From positions 37,270 through 101,269 of the forward strand of contig CAKPYQ010000001.1 of the NCBI GenBank assembly GCA_934203105.1: a stretch of 64,000 bases of DNA. The letters run 5' to 3'. Positions 29,472 through 38,602 of this stretch are shown here, piece after piece. The stretch comes from an uncultured Alphaproteobacteria bacterium (lineage in GTDB: Bacteria > Pseudomonadota > Alphaproteobacteria > CAAHEQ01 > UBA3637). The notes beneath the pieces were generated by a model. It was not told the origin of the DNA, did not search any database, and was given only the letters and a program-made list of their open reading frames with translations. A program made the translations under genes and the position numbers. Position 1 is the first letter of the stretch; each line of letters begins with the position of its first letter.

Positions 29472-30980
29472 TTACATCTCCCAGCCGATGGCTTTCAGTT
29501 TGTTTTTAATCTCTTCTTGCAAAGCATCAGACTGCCTAAACATCTCTGCAAGCTCTCCGGTCAGGCGTTTCATTTTATCTTCAAAAGGTTCACCGTCATC
29601 TTTCTGTTCCTCAATGCCAACATAGCGTCCAGGCGTCAAAATGTAATCCTGTGTCGCAATTTCTGCCGTTGTTGCTACCGCACAAAACCCTTTAACATTT
29701 TCCAACTTTCCTTTTTGAAATGCAGTAAATGTGTCTGCAATCTTTTTAATATCTGCATCCGTAAAATCGCGGTGTTTGCGGTCAACCATGTAGCCCATTT
29801 TCCGCGCATCAATAAAGACTGTTTTACCTTTTTGAGCTTTGTTTTTACTGATAAACCATAACGTTACCGGAATTGTTACACTATAAAACAGTTGTGGTGG
29901 TAGAGCGATAATACCCTCTATCAAATCGGCCTCAATAATATTTTTGCGAATTTCACCTTCACCGCTTGTTTGGGTAGAAAGCGCACCATTTGCAAGGACT
30001 AAACCGATTTTCCCATTAGGTGCTAAGTGATGTATCATATGTTGAATCCACGCATAGTTTGCGTTTCCTGCCGGTGGAATTCCATATTTCCAACGCACAT
30101 CATCTTGTAACTTATCCTGTCCCCAATTAGAAAGGTTAAACGGAGGATTAGCCATAATAAAATCAAACTTTTCATGCGGGTGCAGGTCATTAAAAAATGT
30201 ATCTGCCTGATATGGCCCGAAATCAGCATCAATGCCGCGAATAGCCATATTCATCTTGGCCATTTTCCATGTATCAGCATTGGATTCTTGTCCATAAACC
30301 GATATGTGGTCGCGGTTTCCGCCATGTGCTTGTAAAAATTTAACCGACTGAACAAACATACCACCGGAACCACAACAAGGATCATAAACGCGGCAATTAT
30401 CAAATGGTTTCAAAACCTCGACAATGGTTTTAACAATGCTTTGTGGCGTATAAAACTCACCGCCTTTGGTGCCTTCATATGCCGCAAATTGTGCAATACA
30501 GTATTCATAAGTTCTACCGAGTAAATCTCTATCTCCGTTGGTATCAGACATATCAATATTGTTTGTAAAAAGGTCAACAACATTGCCTAAAACACGTTTA
30601 TCAAGATCTTGATTGGCATAATTTTTAGGTAATACATTTTTAAGCGATTTATTTTCTGCTTCAATCGCTCGCATAGCATCATCAATAATAATGCCGATTT
30701 CCGGAGTGTGTGCCGCTTCAGCAATTTTACTCCAACGTGCGGCCTCAGGAACATAGAAAATACCTTCTTCAATATATGCATCTTTGTCGTTTTCAAAACC
30801 ATCACCTTCGGCGACAAGCTGATTATAGCGCTTTTCAAAGGCCGCAGAAATATAACGCAAAAAGATAAGTCCAATAATTACTTTTCGGTAATCTGCCGCA
30901 GGAATATGTCCCCAAAGTTCACAAGCTGCACCCCAGATTTGCTTTTCAAAACCTAAATTTGCATTATTTTTACCAGCCAT
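29472..30980 (-). CDS. hsdM: type I restriction-modification methyltransferase subunit (HsdM), N6-adenine
   Basis: The N-terminal HsdM domain (WGAACELWGHIPAADY) is present. The SAM motif is DPCCGSGGMF. The catalytic NPPF lies in IMANPPFNLSNW. Confidence 0.88.
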   Translation of the reverse strand: MAGKNNANLGFEKQIWGAACELWGHIPAADYRKVIIGLIFLRYISAAFEKRYNQLVAEGDGFENDKDAYIEEGIFYVPEAARWSKIAEAAHTPEIGIIIDDAMRAIEAENKSLKNVLPKNYANQDLDKRVLGNVVDLFTNNIDMSDTNGDRDLLGRTYEYCIAQFAAYEGTKGGEFYTPQSIVKTIVEVLKPFDNCRVYDPCCGSGGMFVQSVKFLQAHGGNRDHISVYGQESNADTWKMAKMNMAIRGIDADFGPYQADTFFNDLHPHEKFDFIMANPPFNLSNWGQDKLQDDVRWKYGIPPAGNANYAWIQHMIHHLAPNGKIGLVLANGALSTQTSGEGEIRKNIIEADLIEGIIALPPQLFYSVTIPVTLWFISKNKAQKGKTVFIDARKMGYMVDRKHRDFTDADIKKIADTFTAFQKGKLENVKGFCAVATTAEIATQDYILTPGRYVGIEEQKDDGEPFEDKMKRLTGELAEMFRQSDALQEEIKNKLKAIGWEM

Positions 30981-31233
30981 TTTATCTCTCTTCGCATTGA
31001 AACTATTAATAGATTGATATTCAAAAGTACTTTTTGTAGTATATTAATTTTCAATAAAAAAGTCAAAGAAAATGTAAAGACTTACGCTAAAATCTTTATA
31101 CTTTTGAGATAAATATCGTTAAACCACTGAGAGTCGACAAAATAAAAAATACAATTATTAATGAAGTTATGTTTAAAATGCAAATTTAGGATGCCTTTAA
31201 AATCAAAACTCATCCAATTTAACGTCTTGCCTT

Positions 31234-31701
31234 TTAGTCATTGTAACAATCCGTATTTTTCAGCACTTCTTTGGAATAAGAATTCTTATAAAGATTCATA
31301 TACATATCTGCAAAATCAAGGGTATAGTTTAATTGAAAAATTATAATAAATAATGCAACATGCAACGATGATATATATAGGAAATTATTATAGCTATAAT
31401 TAAAAGACAACACATTTAAAAAGAATAAAATAAGTAAAGAAAATAGAGACATCTTTAAGAATTTTTTATTATCACTAATAAAAATCTTAAACATATTACG
31501 CTTTTTCATATAGAGATTAATGTTTTGATTAGCATAGGCAGCCAAAAGAAATGACAGTGAAAAGGCAAAAATAATAGAAACACATGTAATTGCATCAGAA
31601 AGCAGGTTATCTTTTAAAGGAAATCCCAAACTTATTATTAACAAGAATAGCAATATCCATGTTCTTATTCTACATTTTAGCAAAAATTTCTTCGATTTCA
31701 T
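31234..31701 (-). CDS. small polytopic membrane protein (about 4 TM), unknown function, overlapping the upstream gene
   Basis: The start is placed at MKSKKF, preceded by the strong RBS aaaaggaagaaggatatt. There are four hydrophobic helices. The gene is very AT-rich and overlaps the upstream 251-aa gene by 32 bp in a different frame. Confidence 0.4.
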   Translation of the reverse strand: MKSKKFLLKCRIRTWILLFLLIISLGFPLKDNLLSDAITCVSIIFAFSLSFLLAAYANQNINLYMKKRNMFKIFISDNKKFLKMSLFSLLILFFLNVLSFNYSYNNFLYISSLHVALFIIIFQLNYTLDFADMYMNLYKNSYSKEVLKNTDCYND

Positions 31702-32425
31702 AATATCCTTCTTCCTTTTCAAATTCAAAAATTTCCTTTGCCACAACGCTTTGTTCATTAATAGAAATAAAACCATCAGAGCTTTCCCCTTTTATATTGA
31801 AACTTTTTATGTATGAAGGAGACATTAATTTCTCGTATAATTTTTTTATATACTTAACATTAAGCGCTCTTTTAAAATCCATTTTTACAACGGTTGTCTC
31901 GGGTTTTTCTTTTTCTTCTAAATCATCACCCCAATGAGGATTCAAAAATTCATTTATAAATAAGTTGTTTGTTGCGGTAATAGAAATTGTTTCTATTGAT
32001 TTCACCTGTTTGATAAAATCATCAATAGAAGTAGAAACGGCCAACAAATCACAAGAAAAATTCTTGTCCGTTTCATGCAATAAATTCAAAATTATATTTC
32101 TTTTATTATGATCTGAACTCAATACCTTATTTTGATAAATCACAAATATAAACTGATGCGTCATATGAACAATTTCATCTGACAAGACGCTGTCGTCATA
32201 AATCCTTTGATTCCTATTATAGCATCTATTGGGTTTTGATTTTCCATATGACACTAAAAAAACGATTTTATCTTGATCCATCATATGACGTATCGTATAT
32301 GTGGTTTCACGCAATGGGTAATCTATGATTTCTTTGTTTTGCAGTTTTTCTTTTAAAATTCGTGTTCCTGCTCCTAAAAGGTCAACACATTCCGGAATAT
32401 AACTAAACATACGCACAGAGCTCAT
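31670..32425 (-). CDS. hypothetical cytosolic protein (251 aa), AT-rich, unknown function
   Basis: No recognisable catalytic motif by eye. A glutamate-rich C-terminus (EFEFEKEEGYYEIEEIF) overlaps the downstream membrane-protein gene. Confidence 0.4.
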   Translation of the reverse strand: MSSVRMFSYIPECVDLLGAGTRILKEKLQNKEIIDYPLRETTYTIRHMMDQDKIVFLVSYGKSKPNRCYNRNQRIYDDSVLSDEIVHMTHQFIFVIYQNKVLSSDHNKRNIILNLLHETDKNFSCDLLAVSTSIDDFIKQVKSIETISITATNNLFINEFLNPHWGDDLEEKEKPETTVVKMDFKRALNVKYIKKLYEKLMSPSYIKSFNIKGESSDGFISINEQSVVAKEIFEFEKEEGYYEIEEIFAKM

Positions 32426-32587
32426 CGTTCTAATCCTTTCAATATTTTTGGTTTCTTATCTATCTCCACTAATGTTTGATATTTTAACAATTTATTCTAT
32501 CGTATCAACATTTGATAAAAAGGTCAAGTAAATATCGAAATTTGATAAAATTTTTATGTTTTTTTGAAAACACATCAATATCAATTG

Positions 32588-33487
32588 TTACAAACAAATA
32601 TTGATTAAAAGATTTTTCTTTTCCTGATAACTTTTTACTAAACTCAAAACAAAATCGTTAATGACTTCCGCCAAGGGTAATTTCCCTTTGTCAGTATAAA
32701 TAACCTGCGCAGTAAGACCGGCAAGCACTCTTTTTATTTCTGGTGTTAATTGCCCCATAAATGACCCCATTTTTAAAATATCCAAAACAGCCTGATCTGC
32801 AAAGGGGCGAAATGGTTCAATCAAATCATCAACAAGTGGCATTGTATTTGCCGATTGGCAATGCTTTAATCCCAAATAAGGTAATAACCCGTTAGCACAG
32901 ACGCTGCGCGCAACCATTGCCCGTAAAATTGTATAAGCATAATTTAAAAGCATATTTATATCTGCCGCATTGCGATTGCGAATAAAATCAGAACCAAATA
33001 ATTCATTAAAATAAAGATGCGCCGCCTGCCCTTCATTATTTTGCAGGTCATCGTTTTTAACCGTTTTTGACAACATTTGTAAACGCACTTTTATCGTCGA
33101 GTTCGGATGAACAAAAGCTAATAACTTAGCTTGATTGCTGATCTTCATTTGCACAATTTTCTTCCACAAATTTTTACGCAAGGACTCCGGCAAGGCCGTT
33201 TGCGCTTTAATTCTGGCCGACGTTAACCAATGCCCGACAATCGGTAAAGTTATTGCGGCAGGCATATATTTATCATTGCAAAAAATAAGGCATGCTTGAT
33301 TTTCACATAAAGCATTAACGATATTTTTTGAAATCAAAACATTATGTGCGGAAATAATTAAACATAAAATGCTATCCAACGGGATCTGATTAACTTGATT
33401 GGTCCGTACATCTGTAACAATTAAAAAACCTTTCGATAAAGAAAGTTTGAAATGATCAGACGATATTTCTATTACCCGTTTTAACAT
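32588..33487 (-). CDS. cas1: CRISPR-associated endonuclease Cas1, type II-family-like, apparently solo (no cas9/cas2/array in the window)
   Basis: 299 aa. Long collinear similarity to type II Cas1 as I recall it from Neisseria: NEGQAAHLYFNELFG..F.RNRN...INMLLNYAYTILRAMVAR......LLPYLGLKH......PLVDDLIEPFRPFADQ. The putative metal-binding E, H and D positions are present. GC content is lower than in the adjacent core genes. Confidence 0.8.
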   Translation of the reverse strand: MLKRVIEISSDHFKLSLSKGFLIVTDVRTNQVNQIPLDSILCLIISAHNVLISKNIVNALCENQACLIFCNDKYMPAAITLPIVGHWLTSARIKAQTALPESLRKNLWKKIVQMKISNQAKLLAFVHPNSTIKVRLQMLSKTVKNDDLQNNEGQAAHLYFNELFGSDFIRNRNAADINMLLNYAYTILRAMVARSVCANGLLPYLGLKHCQSANTMPLVDDLIEPFRPFADQAVLDILKMGSFMGQLTPEIKRVLAGLTAQVIYTDKGKLPLAEVINDFVLSLVKSYQEKKNLLINICL

Positions 33488-33490
33488 TAA

Positions 33491-34756
33491 CTACTTTAAT
33501 CCTAAATTGTCGGCGGTCAGCAAACCGGCGCCGGATAAAACCGAAAAATAAGCCGATATTTGCGCATGCTTTGCCCGCGTCAACGATACCTTCGAATCTA
33601 ATAATTCCTGCTCGGCATTCAATACATCTAATACCGTACGACGCCCGCGTTCCTGAGCGTCTCTGACGCCTTCCAACGCTAAACGATTTGCATTGATGCG
33701 CATTTGCGCTGTTTCTATCGCTGCACCTTGCGCTTGGTAAATATTCCACGCTTGACGCAACTTTTCTAAAACAATCCGCTGGGTGTGAGTGATATTTTCT
33801 TTTAAAGCAGATGCTTCATACTCGGCCTTATCCGTCCGTGCAAAAGCCGTTCCTTTATCATACAACGGCACCGTCAAATAAATGCCGATCCGGCCGTCGG
33901 AAACTTCGTCAATCACAGGAACATCTTTTAATTTCACGGCAGACGCTTTGATATCAATCGACGGCATATAGCTTTCACGCGACACCGTAACGTTGGATTT
34001 TGCCGCTTCGTATCCCGCGGCGGCAGCCAAAATAGCCGGATGCGATTTTAGAGCTGTCTTTTCGGCGTCATTAATTGACTTTGGGAAAAATTGCCGTGTA
34101 CCGTTTAATTCAATATCTGTATAATTTTCTTGCAACGATCCGTAAATTCGGCGGAACGTTTCCAAAGCATTTTCATATCCGGCATTGGCATCAATAACCG
34201 CATACTTTGCCAATTCTAAACGCGCTTTTGCTTGGGCTAAATCTGTTTTAGTCAGCACGCCGACTTTTTCTTTTTGCTCACACAAACTGAAATACTCTTC
34301 CAATACCTTTTGGTTATTTTTATCCAAATTCAATACTTCGCGTGCATTCAAAACATTGATGTAAGCATTAACGGCTTGCAAAAACACATCTTGTTCGGTC
34401 GCATATAAATTCGCCTTTTCCAAAACCGCCATACTTTTGGCTGCGTCAATTTGCGCCGTTGTTGAAAAGCCGTGAAAAATATTTTCCGATAACGTTATGC
34501 CAACCTGTTTTTGCGTATAGTCAAAATCCGTGTTATTCAATTTTGTTTTTGCACGTGCTATGCCGGCCGTTGCCCCGACGGACGGTTGCCAACCTGTACG
34601 CGCTAAATCAACTCCGGCCGATGCGCTTTTGACTTTCTGCCGCGCGGATAAAATCTGCGGGTTGGTTTGATAAACTTGCTGCAAAGCCGAATACATATCC
34701 GCATTTGCCGGCACACAAAATAAAAAGCAAATTAAAAACAGTAAATACTTTTTCAT
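33491..34756 (-). CDS. TolC-family outer-membrane efflux protein
   Basis: A signal peptide is followed by the two-repeat alpha-helical and beta-barrel OEP architecture (YQTNPQILSARQKVKSA...; repeated coiled segments). It is the last gene of the ABC-2 efflux operon. Confidence 0.8.
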   Translation of the reverse strand: MKKYLLFLICFLFCVPANADMYSALQQVYQTNPQILSARQKVKSASAGVDLARTGWQPSVGATAGIARAKTKLNNTDFDYTQKQVGITLSENIFHGFSTTAQIDAAKSMAVLEKANLYATEQDVFLQAVNAYINVLNAREVLNLDKNNQKVLEEYFSLCEQKEKVGVLTKTDLAQAKARLELAKYAVIDANAGYENALETFRRIYGSLQENYTDIELNGTRQFFPKSINDAEKTALKSHPAILAAAAGYEAAKSNVTVSRESYMPSIDIKASAVKLKDVPVIDEVSDGRIGIYLTVPLYDKGTAFARTDKAEYEASALKENITHTQRIVLEKLRQAWNIYQAQGAAIETAQMRINANRLALEGVRDAQERGRRTVLDVLNAEQELLDSKVSLTRAKHAQISAYFSVLSGAGLLTADNLGLK

Positions 34757-34765
34757 TTTTTTCTC

Positions 34766-35857
34766 CTATAAAGTCGTTTTAAAGCGCTTCACCGCCCAAA
34801 GGGCTATCAAAAATCCCGAAACAATCATCACCCAAGCATGCGCGAAAAAATAGTTCCAATCCGCTCCTTTCAAGATAATGTTGCGCACCAAATAAGTATA
34901 GTGCGTCAACGGATTAACATACGCAATCCATTGCAAAACAAGCGGCATATTTTCGCGCGGAAACAACGCTCCCGATAACATCAACGCCATAAAAGCAACA
35001 ATCATCAAGCCCAACATCGCTTGTTGTTGTGTTTTGGTATAATTGGCCAACCAAACAGCAATCGCACACGCCGGAAAGCAAAACACCAAAAACGACGCCA
35101 TAAACATAAAAAACGATCCCGTGAAAGGCAATGAAAAGAAAATCACACCCACCAGCTGAATCAAAAACATATTGATTAACGCCACCAAAATATACGGCAA
35201 TGTTTTACCCAAAATAATATCATACTTTGAAATCGGCGCCGAAATTAAAGTTTCAATCGTGCCGTTTTCTTTTTCTTTGGTAATCGAAATACTGATTAAA
35301 GTCAACAAAGACATAAACACCAAAACCGCCATAATCGCCGGCACCAAAAACCATTGCGTATCCAATTCCGGATTAAACAAAACACGCACGTTAAAACCAA
35401 TCGGCCGAACGCCTTGCGTGTGCGTTGCATCAGATAATACATTTACAATAATGCCTTGTAAATACGCTTCAATGCTTTGCGCTTTGAGCACATTCGTCGA
35501 ATCGATCAATATTTGTAATTGCCCTTCCCCGCGCATCAAAGATTTTGTCAGTCCATCTTTGGGCGCAATCAATGCCACATCAGCTTCGCCGGCTTGCACA
35601 GCCTCTACTGCGCTTTTTTCCAACGGATCAATACGCACAAACCAACCGGAACCGATTGCGTGATTATAAACGCGCTCCATAATCACATCGTTTGGAATGG
35701 TGTCAACAGCCAAACGCAAATTGCGGGCTTCCATTGTAATGGCTTGGCTTAAAACAATCACCTGAACCACCGGCATCAGCAAAATCGCCACCAGCATAAC
35801 CGGATCACGCAGCAATGCAATTAACTCTTTTTTGATAAAGCCCCACAAAGTGTTCAT
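34766..35857 (-). CDS. ABC-2 family transporter permease (YbhR/YbhS-like)
   Basis: An N-terminal TM is followed by a large periplasmic loop and then 5 C-terminal TM helices. The gene is adjacent to a second paralogous permease. Confidence 0.75.
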   Translation of the reverse strand: MNTLWGFIKKELIALLRDPVMLVAILLMPVVQVIVLSQAITMEARNLRLAVDTIPNDVIMERVYNHAIGSGWFVRIDPLEKSAVEAVQAGEADVALIAPKDGLTKSLMRGEGQLQILIDSTNVLKAQSIEAYLQGIIVNVLSDATHTQGVRPIGFNVRVLFNPELDTQWFLVPAIMAVLVFMSLLTLISISITKEKENGTIETLISAPISKYDIILGKTLPYILVALINMFLIQLVGVIFFSLPFTGSFFMFMASFLVFCFPACAIAVWLANYTKTQQQAMLGLMIVAFMALMLSGALFPRENMPLVLQWIAYVNPLTHYTYLVRNIILKGADWNYFFAHAWVMIVSGFLIALWAVKRFKTTL

Positions 35858-36975
35858 TCTATTGTCCTTTTAAACCTGAAAACACACGCAAGCATCAGCA
35901 CAATCGCCTGCACAGACAAAGCCGCAAACGGGATCCATAAATCCGCTATTGTACTGGCTTTTAAAAACTGGTCGCGCGATATTTCAACATAAAAACGCGC
36001 CGGAAACAAAGCCGATACCCATTGATAAATCCGTGGCATATACTCGATCGGGAAAATAAAGCCGGACAATAAAGCGGTCGGCAACAACCCGATAATAGCG
36101 GCATATTGAACCGCAACTTGTTGTTCGTGACTGACAACCGAAATATAAAGCCCCAAAGCCAAATACCCCAAAATAAATAAAATCGTCGCAATCGTTAAGG
36201 TGATATAGCTGCCGACAAACGGAACACCAAAAACCAATCGCGCCGCCAAGAAAACAATAATAAATCCGCAAAAGCTTAAAAACGCATAAGGAAACAACTT
36301 ACCAAACATAATTTCAAGCGATGTCACCGGCGTTGACAATAACATTTCCATTGAGCCTTGTTCCCATTCTTTGCATACCGTCAGAGCGGTCAACATAATC
36401 GCAACCAATGCAATAATCACCGCAGAGATGCCGGGGATTGCAAACCATTTTGTATTCAACTCCGGATTAAATAAATAACGCGGTTTGAAAACCAACAAAG
36501 CATCTTTGGATATCGGAATATCTTTGATTTTATAAATCGCGTTGACGTTAATTGTGTTTAAATAATTCATAATAGCCGATATGGACGAATTATCCGCGCC
36601 GTCCAATAAGATTTGAACTTGTCCCGTACGCCCCGCCATAATTTCTTTTTCAAAGTTGGGCGGAATGACCAACATCATTTTGGCTTTTTCGGCAACTAAA
36701 TCGTCTTGACCTTTCGTCGGCGTTTGAACAACATAAGGCTTAAAATATCCCGAACTGCCGAACGTTTCAACCAATTTTCGTGAACTTTGCGTTCTGTCGT
36801 GATCCATATAAGCCAAATCAATCGATTTGACATTAAACTCGATCGAATTGCCCAAAATCAGCACGATCATCAACGGCAACAACAACGCCATCATTAACGT
36901 AAACGGATCGCGAAAGATATGTTTAAATTCTTTGCTGAACACAGCGTGCGCACGGCGATAAGAAAAATATTTCAT
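35854..36975 (-). CDS. ABC-2 family transporter permease (YbhS/YbhR-like)
   Basis: Same architecture as the downstream ABC-2 permease, with 4-bp overlaps on both sides. Confidence 0.75.
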   Translation of the reverse strand: MKYFSYRRAHAVFSKEFKHIFRDPFTLMMALLLPLMIVLILGNSIEFNVKSIDLAYMDHDRTQSSRKLVETFGSSGYFKPYVVQTPTKGQDDLVAEKAKMMLVIPPNFEKEIMAGRTGQVQILLDGADNSSISAIMNYLNTINVNAIYKIKDIPISKDALLVFKPRYLFNPELNTKWFAIPGISAVIIALVAIMLTALTVCKEWEQGSMEMLLSTPVTSLEIMFGKLFPYAFLSFCGFIIVFLAARLVFGVPFVGSYITLTIATILFILGYLALGLYISVVSHEQQVAVQYAAIIGLLPTALLSGFIFPIEYMPRIYQWVSALFPARFYVEISRDQFLKASTIADLWIPFAALSVQAIVLMLACVFRFKRTIE

Positions 36976-37877
36976 CTGTTTTTTCCTTCCACCTGACGGA
37001 TAAAGACGTCCTCTAACGACGGGTTAATTTTTTCAACTTCAAAATCGGATTGAAGACGCTTTAAATCAGCATTATCTTTTAAAATAATATGAAAGTGTTG
37101 ACCGTACGGTTCCCACATTTCAAACAAAGCTTTATCCGGCAAAACAACCTTGTCCGTCTTGGGCGTCAAGTTATATAACTGTTTTGTAAAAGTTTTTGCT
37201 TTTAAGTTTTCGGGTGAATCCAACGCAATTAACTGACCGGCACGCATCAGCGCTATTCGGCCGCAGTTTTCGGCTTCGTCCATATAATGAGTTGTTACAA
37301 AAACGGTCTTGCCCGTTTTGGCCAACGCTTTAATCAATTGCCAAAAACGATAGCGTGCCGTCGGAGCAACACCGGCTGTCGGCTCGTCCAAAAAGACAAC
37401 CTGCGGATTATGCAACAACGACACACACAAAGCTATTTCCTGTTTAATGCCGGTCGGCAATGCTTTGACTACCGTTGATAACTTTTCCTTAAAACCGATA
37501 AAGTCCAATAATTTTTGCCGTTGCAGCTCGTACGCTTTTTTGTTTAAATGATGCAATGCGGCCGCAAAATCCATATTTTCTTTGATCGACAAATCATCGT
37601 ATAAAGTAAAGTGCTGCGACATATATCCGACTTTTGATTTAATCAGGTTTTCTTTGCCCGCTACAAACTCTTCATTATCGATTTTAACTTGGCCTTCACT
37701 GGCTAAAAGCAAGCCGCACAAAACGCGAATTGTCGTTGTTTTACCGGCGCCGTTTGCGCCCAAAAATCCGAATATTTCACCACGCGCAACCGAAAAAGAA
37801 ACATCTTTTACCGCATAAAAATCACCAAAGCGGACAGATAAATGATGCACATCAACAACATAAGGATTGCTTGTCAT
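36972..37877 (-). CDS. ABC transporter ATP-binding protein (efflux, YbhF-like half)
   Basis: Walker A GANGAGKTT, signature LSTVVKALPTGIKQE-like, Walker B VVFLDEPT. Confidence 0.85.
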   Translation of the reverse strand: MTSNPYVVDVHHLSVRFGDFYAVKDVSFSVARGEIFGFLGANGAGKTTTIRVLCGLLLASEGQVKIDNEEFVAGKENLIKSKVGYMSQHFTLYDDLSIKENMDFAAALHHLNKKAYELQRQKLLDFIGFKEKLSTVVKALPTGIKQEIALCVSLLHNPQVVFLDEPTAGVAPTARYRFWQLIKALAKTGKTVFVTTHYMDEAENCGRIALMRAGQLIALDSPENLKAKTFTKQLYNLTPKTDKVVLPDKALFEMWEPYGQHFHIILKDNADLKRLQSDFEVEKINPSLEDVFIRQVEGKNR

Positions 37878-38602
37878 TTCGCCCCTCCGCGTGATAGGAA
37901 AAATTCATCAAAGTTTTTGACTTTTTCTTGCAAAAGCAATGCCTTTGGCTCACCTAAACCCAGTACTTTACCTTGCTCCATCAAAACGACTTGCCCGCAT
38001 CTTTCGGCTTCGTCCATATAGGCGGTTGTCATAATCACTAAAATTCCCTGATTCACCGACGTGTGCAACATATCCCAAAACTCACGACGCGAAATCGGAT
38101 CAACACCGTTGGTCGGCTCGTCCAACAACATCACCTTGGGCGATCGCAACAAAGCACACATCAACCCTAATTTTTTATACATACCGCCCGACAATTTACC
38201 CGCCGGACGATCCAAAAATTTGTCCAATCGGGTCAATTGCAACAACTCTTTTTTCTTTTTGGCATATTCTTCGGGATCGATGCCGTATAAATCTTGGAAA
38301 AAATTCAAATGCTCCTCGATCGATAAATCGGCGTACAAGCTTTGCGTTTGAGGCATATAAGCAATGTTTTGACGAAAATCATCAAAACGCGTTTTCACCC
38401 CGTTCATAAAATAGGATATTTCGCCTGCCGTCGGCTTTAACAGTTGCAAAATCAAGCGAAATAACGTTGTCTTACCAGCGCCGGCAGGACCGATAATCCC
38501 GTAAAGTTTACCCGTTTCAAAGTGCATAGACACATCGTTCAGCGCTTTTGTTTCGCCGAAATCTTTTTTAATATGCGATATGTCCAAAGCAACGTTAATC
38601 AT
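37874..38602 (-). CDS. ABC transporter ATP-binding protein (efflux, YbhF-like half)
   Basis: Walker A GPAGAGKTT, signature LSGGMYKKL, Walker B VMLLDEPT. Confidence 0.85.
   Translation of the reverse strand: MINVALDISHIKKDFGETKALNDVSMHFETGKLYGIIGPAGAGKTTLFRLILQLLKPTAGEISYFMNGVKTRFDDFRQNIAYMPQTQSLYADLSIEEHLNFFQDLYGIDPEEYAKKKKELLQLTRLDKFLDRPAGKLSGGMYKKLGLMCALLRSPKVMLLDEPTNGVDPISRREFWDMLHTSVNQGILVIMTTAYMDEAERCGQVVLMEQGKVLGLGEPKALLLQEKVKNFDEFFLSRGGAK

Noticed and set aside
32425-32588. Looked for cas2 or a CRISPR array or tracrRNA in the 160-bp spacer downstream of cas1
   Set aside because: Only AT-rich sequence is present, with short TTTGATA-containing direct repeats (atcaacatttgataaaa / atcgaaatttgataaaa, about 30 bp apart). 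It is far too short for cas2 and there are no 36-bp repeat-spacer units. These repeats are more likely operator or promoter sites, or chance.
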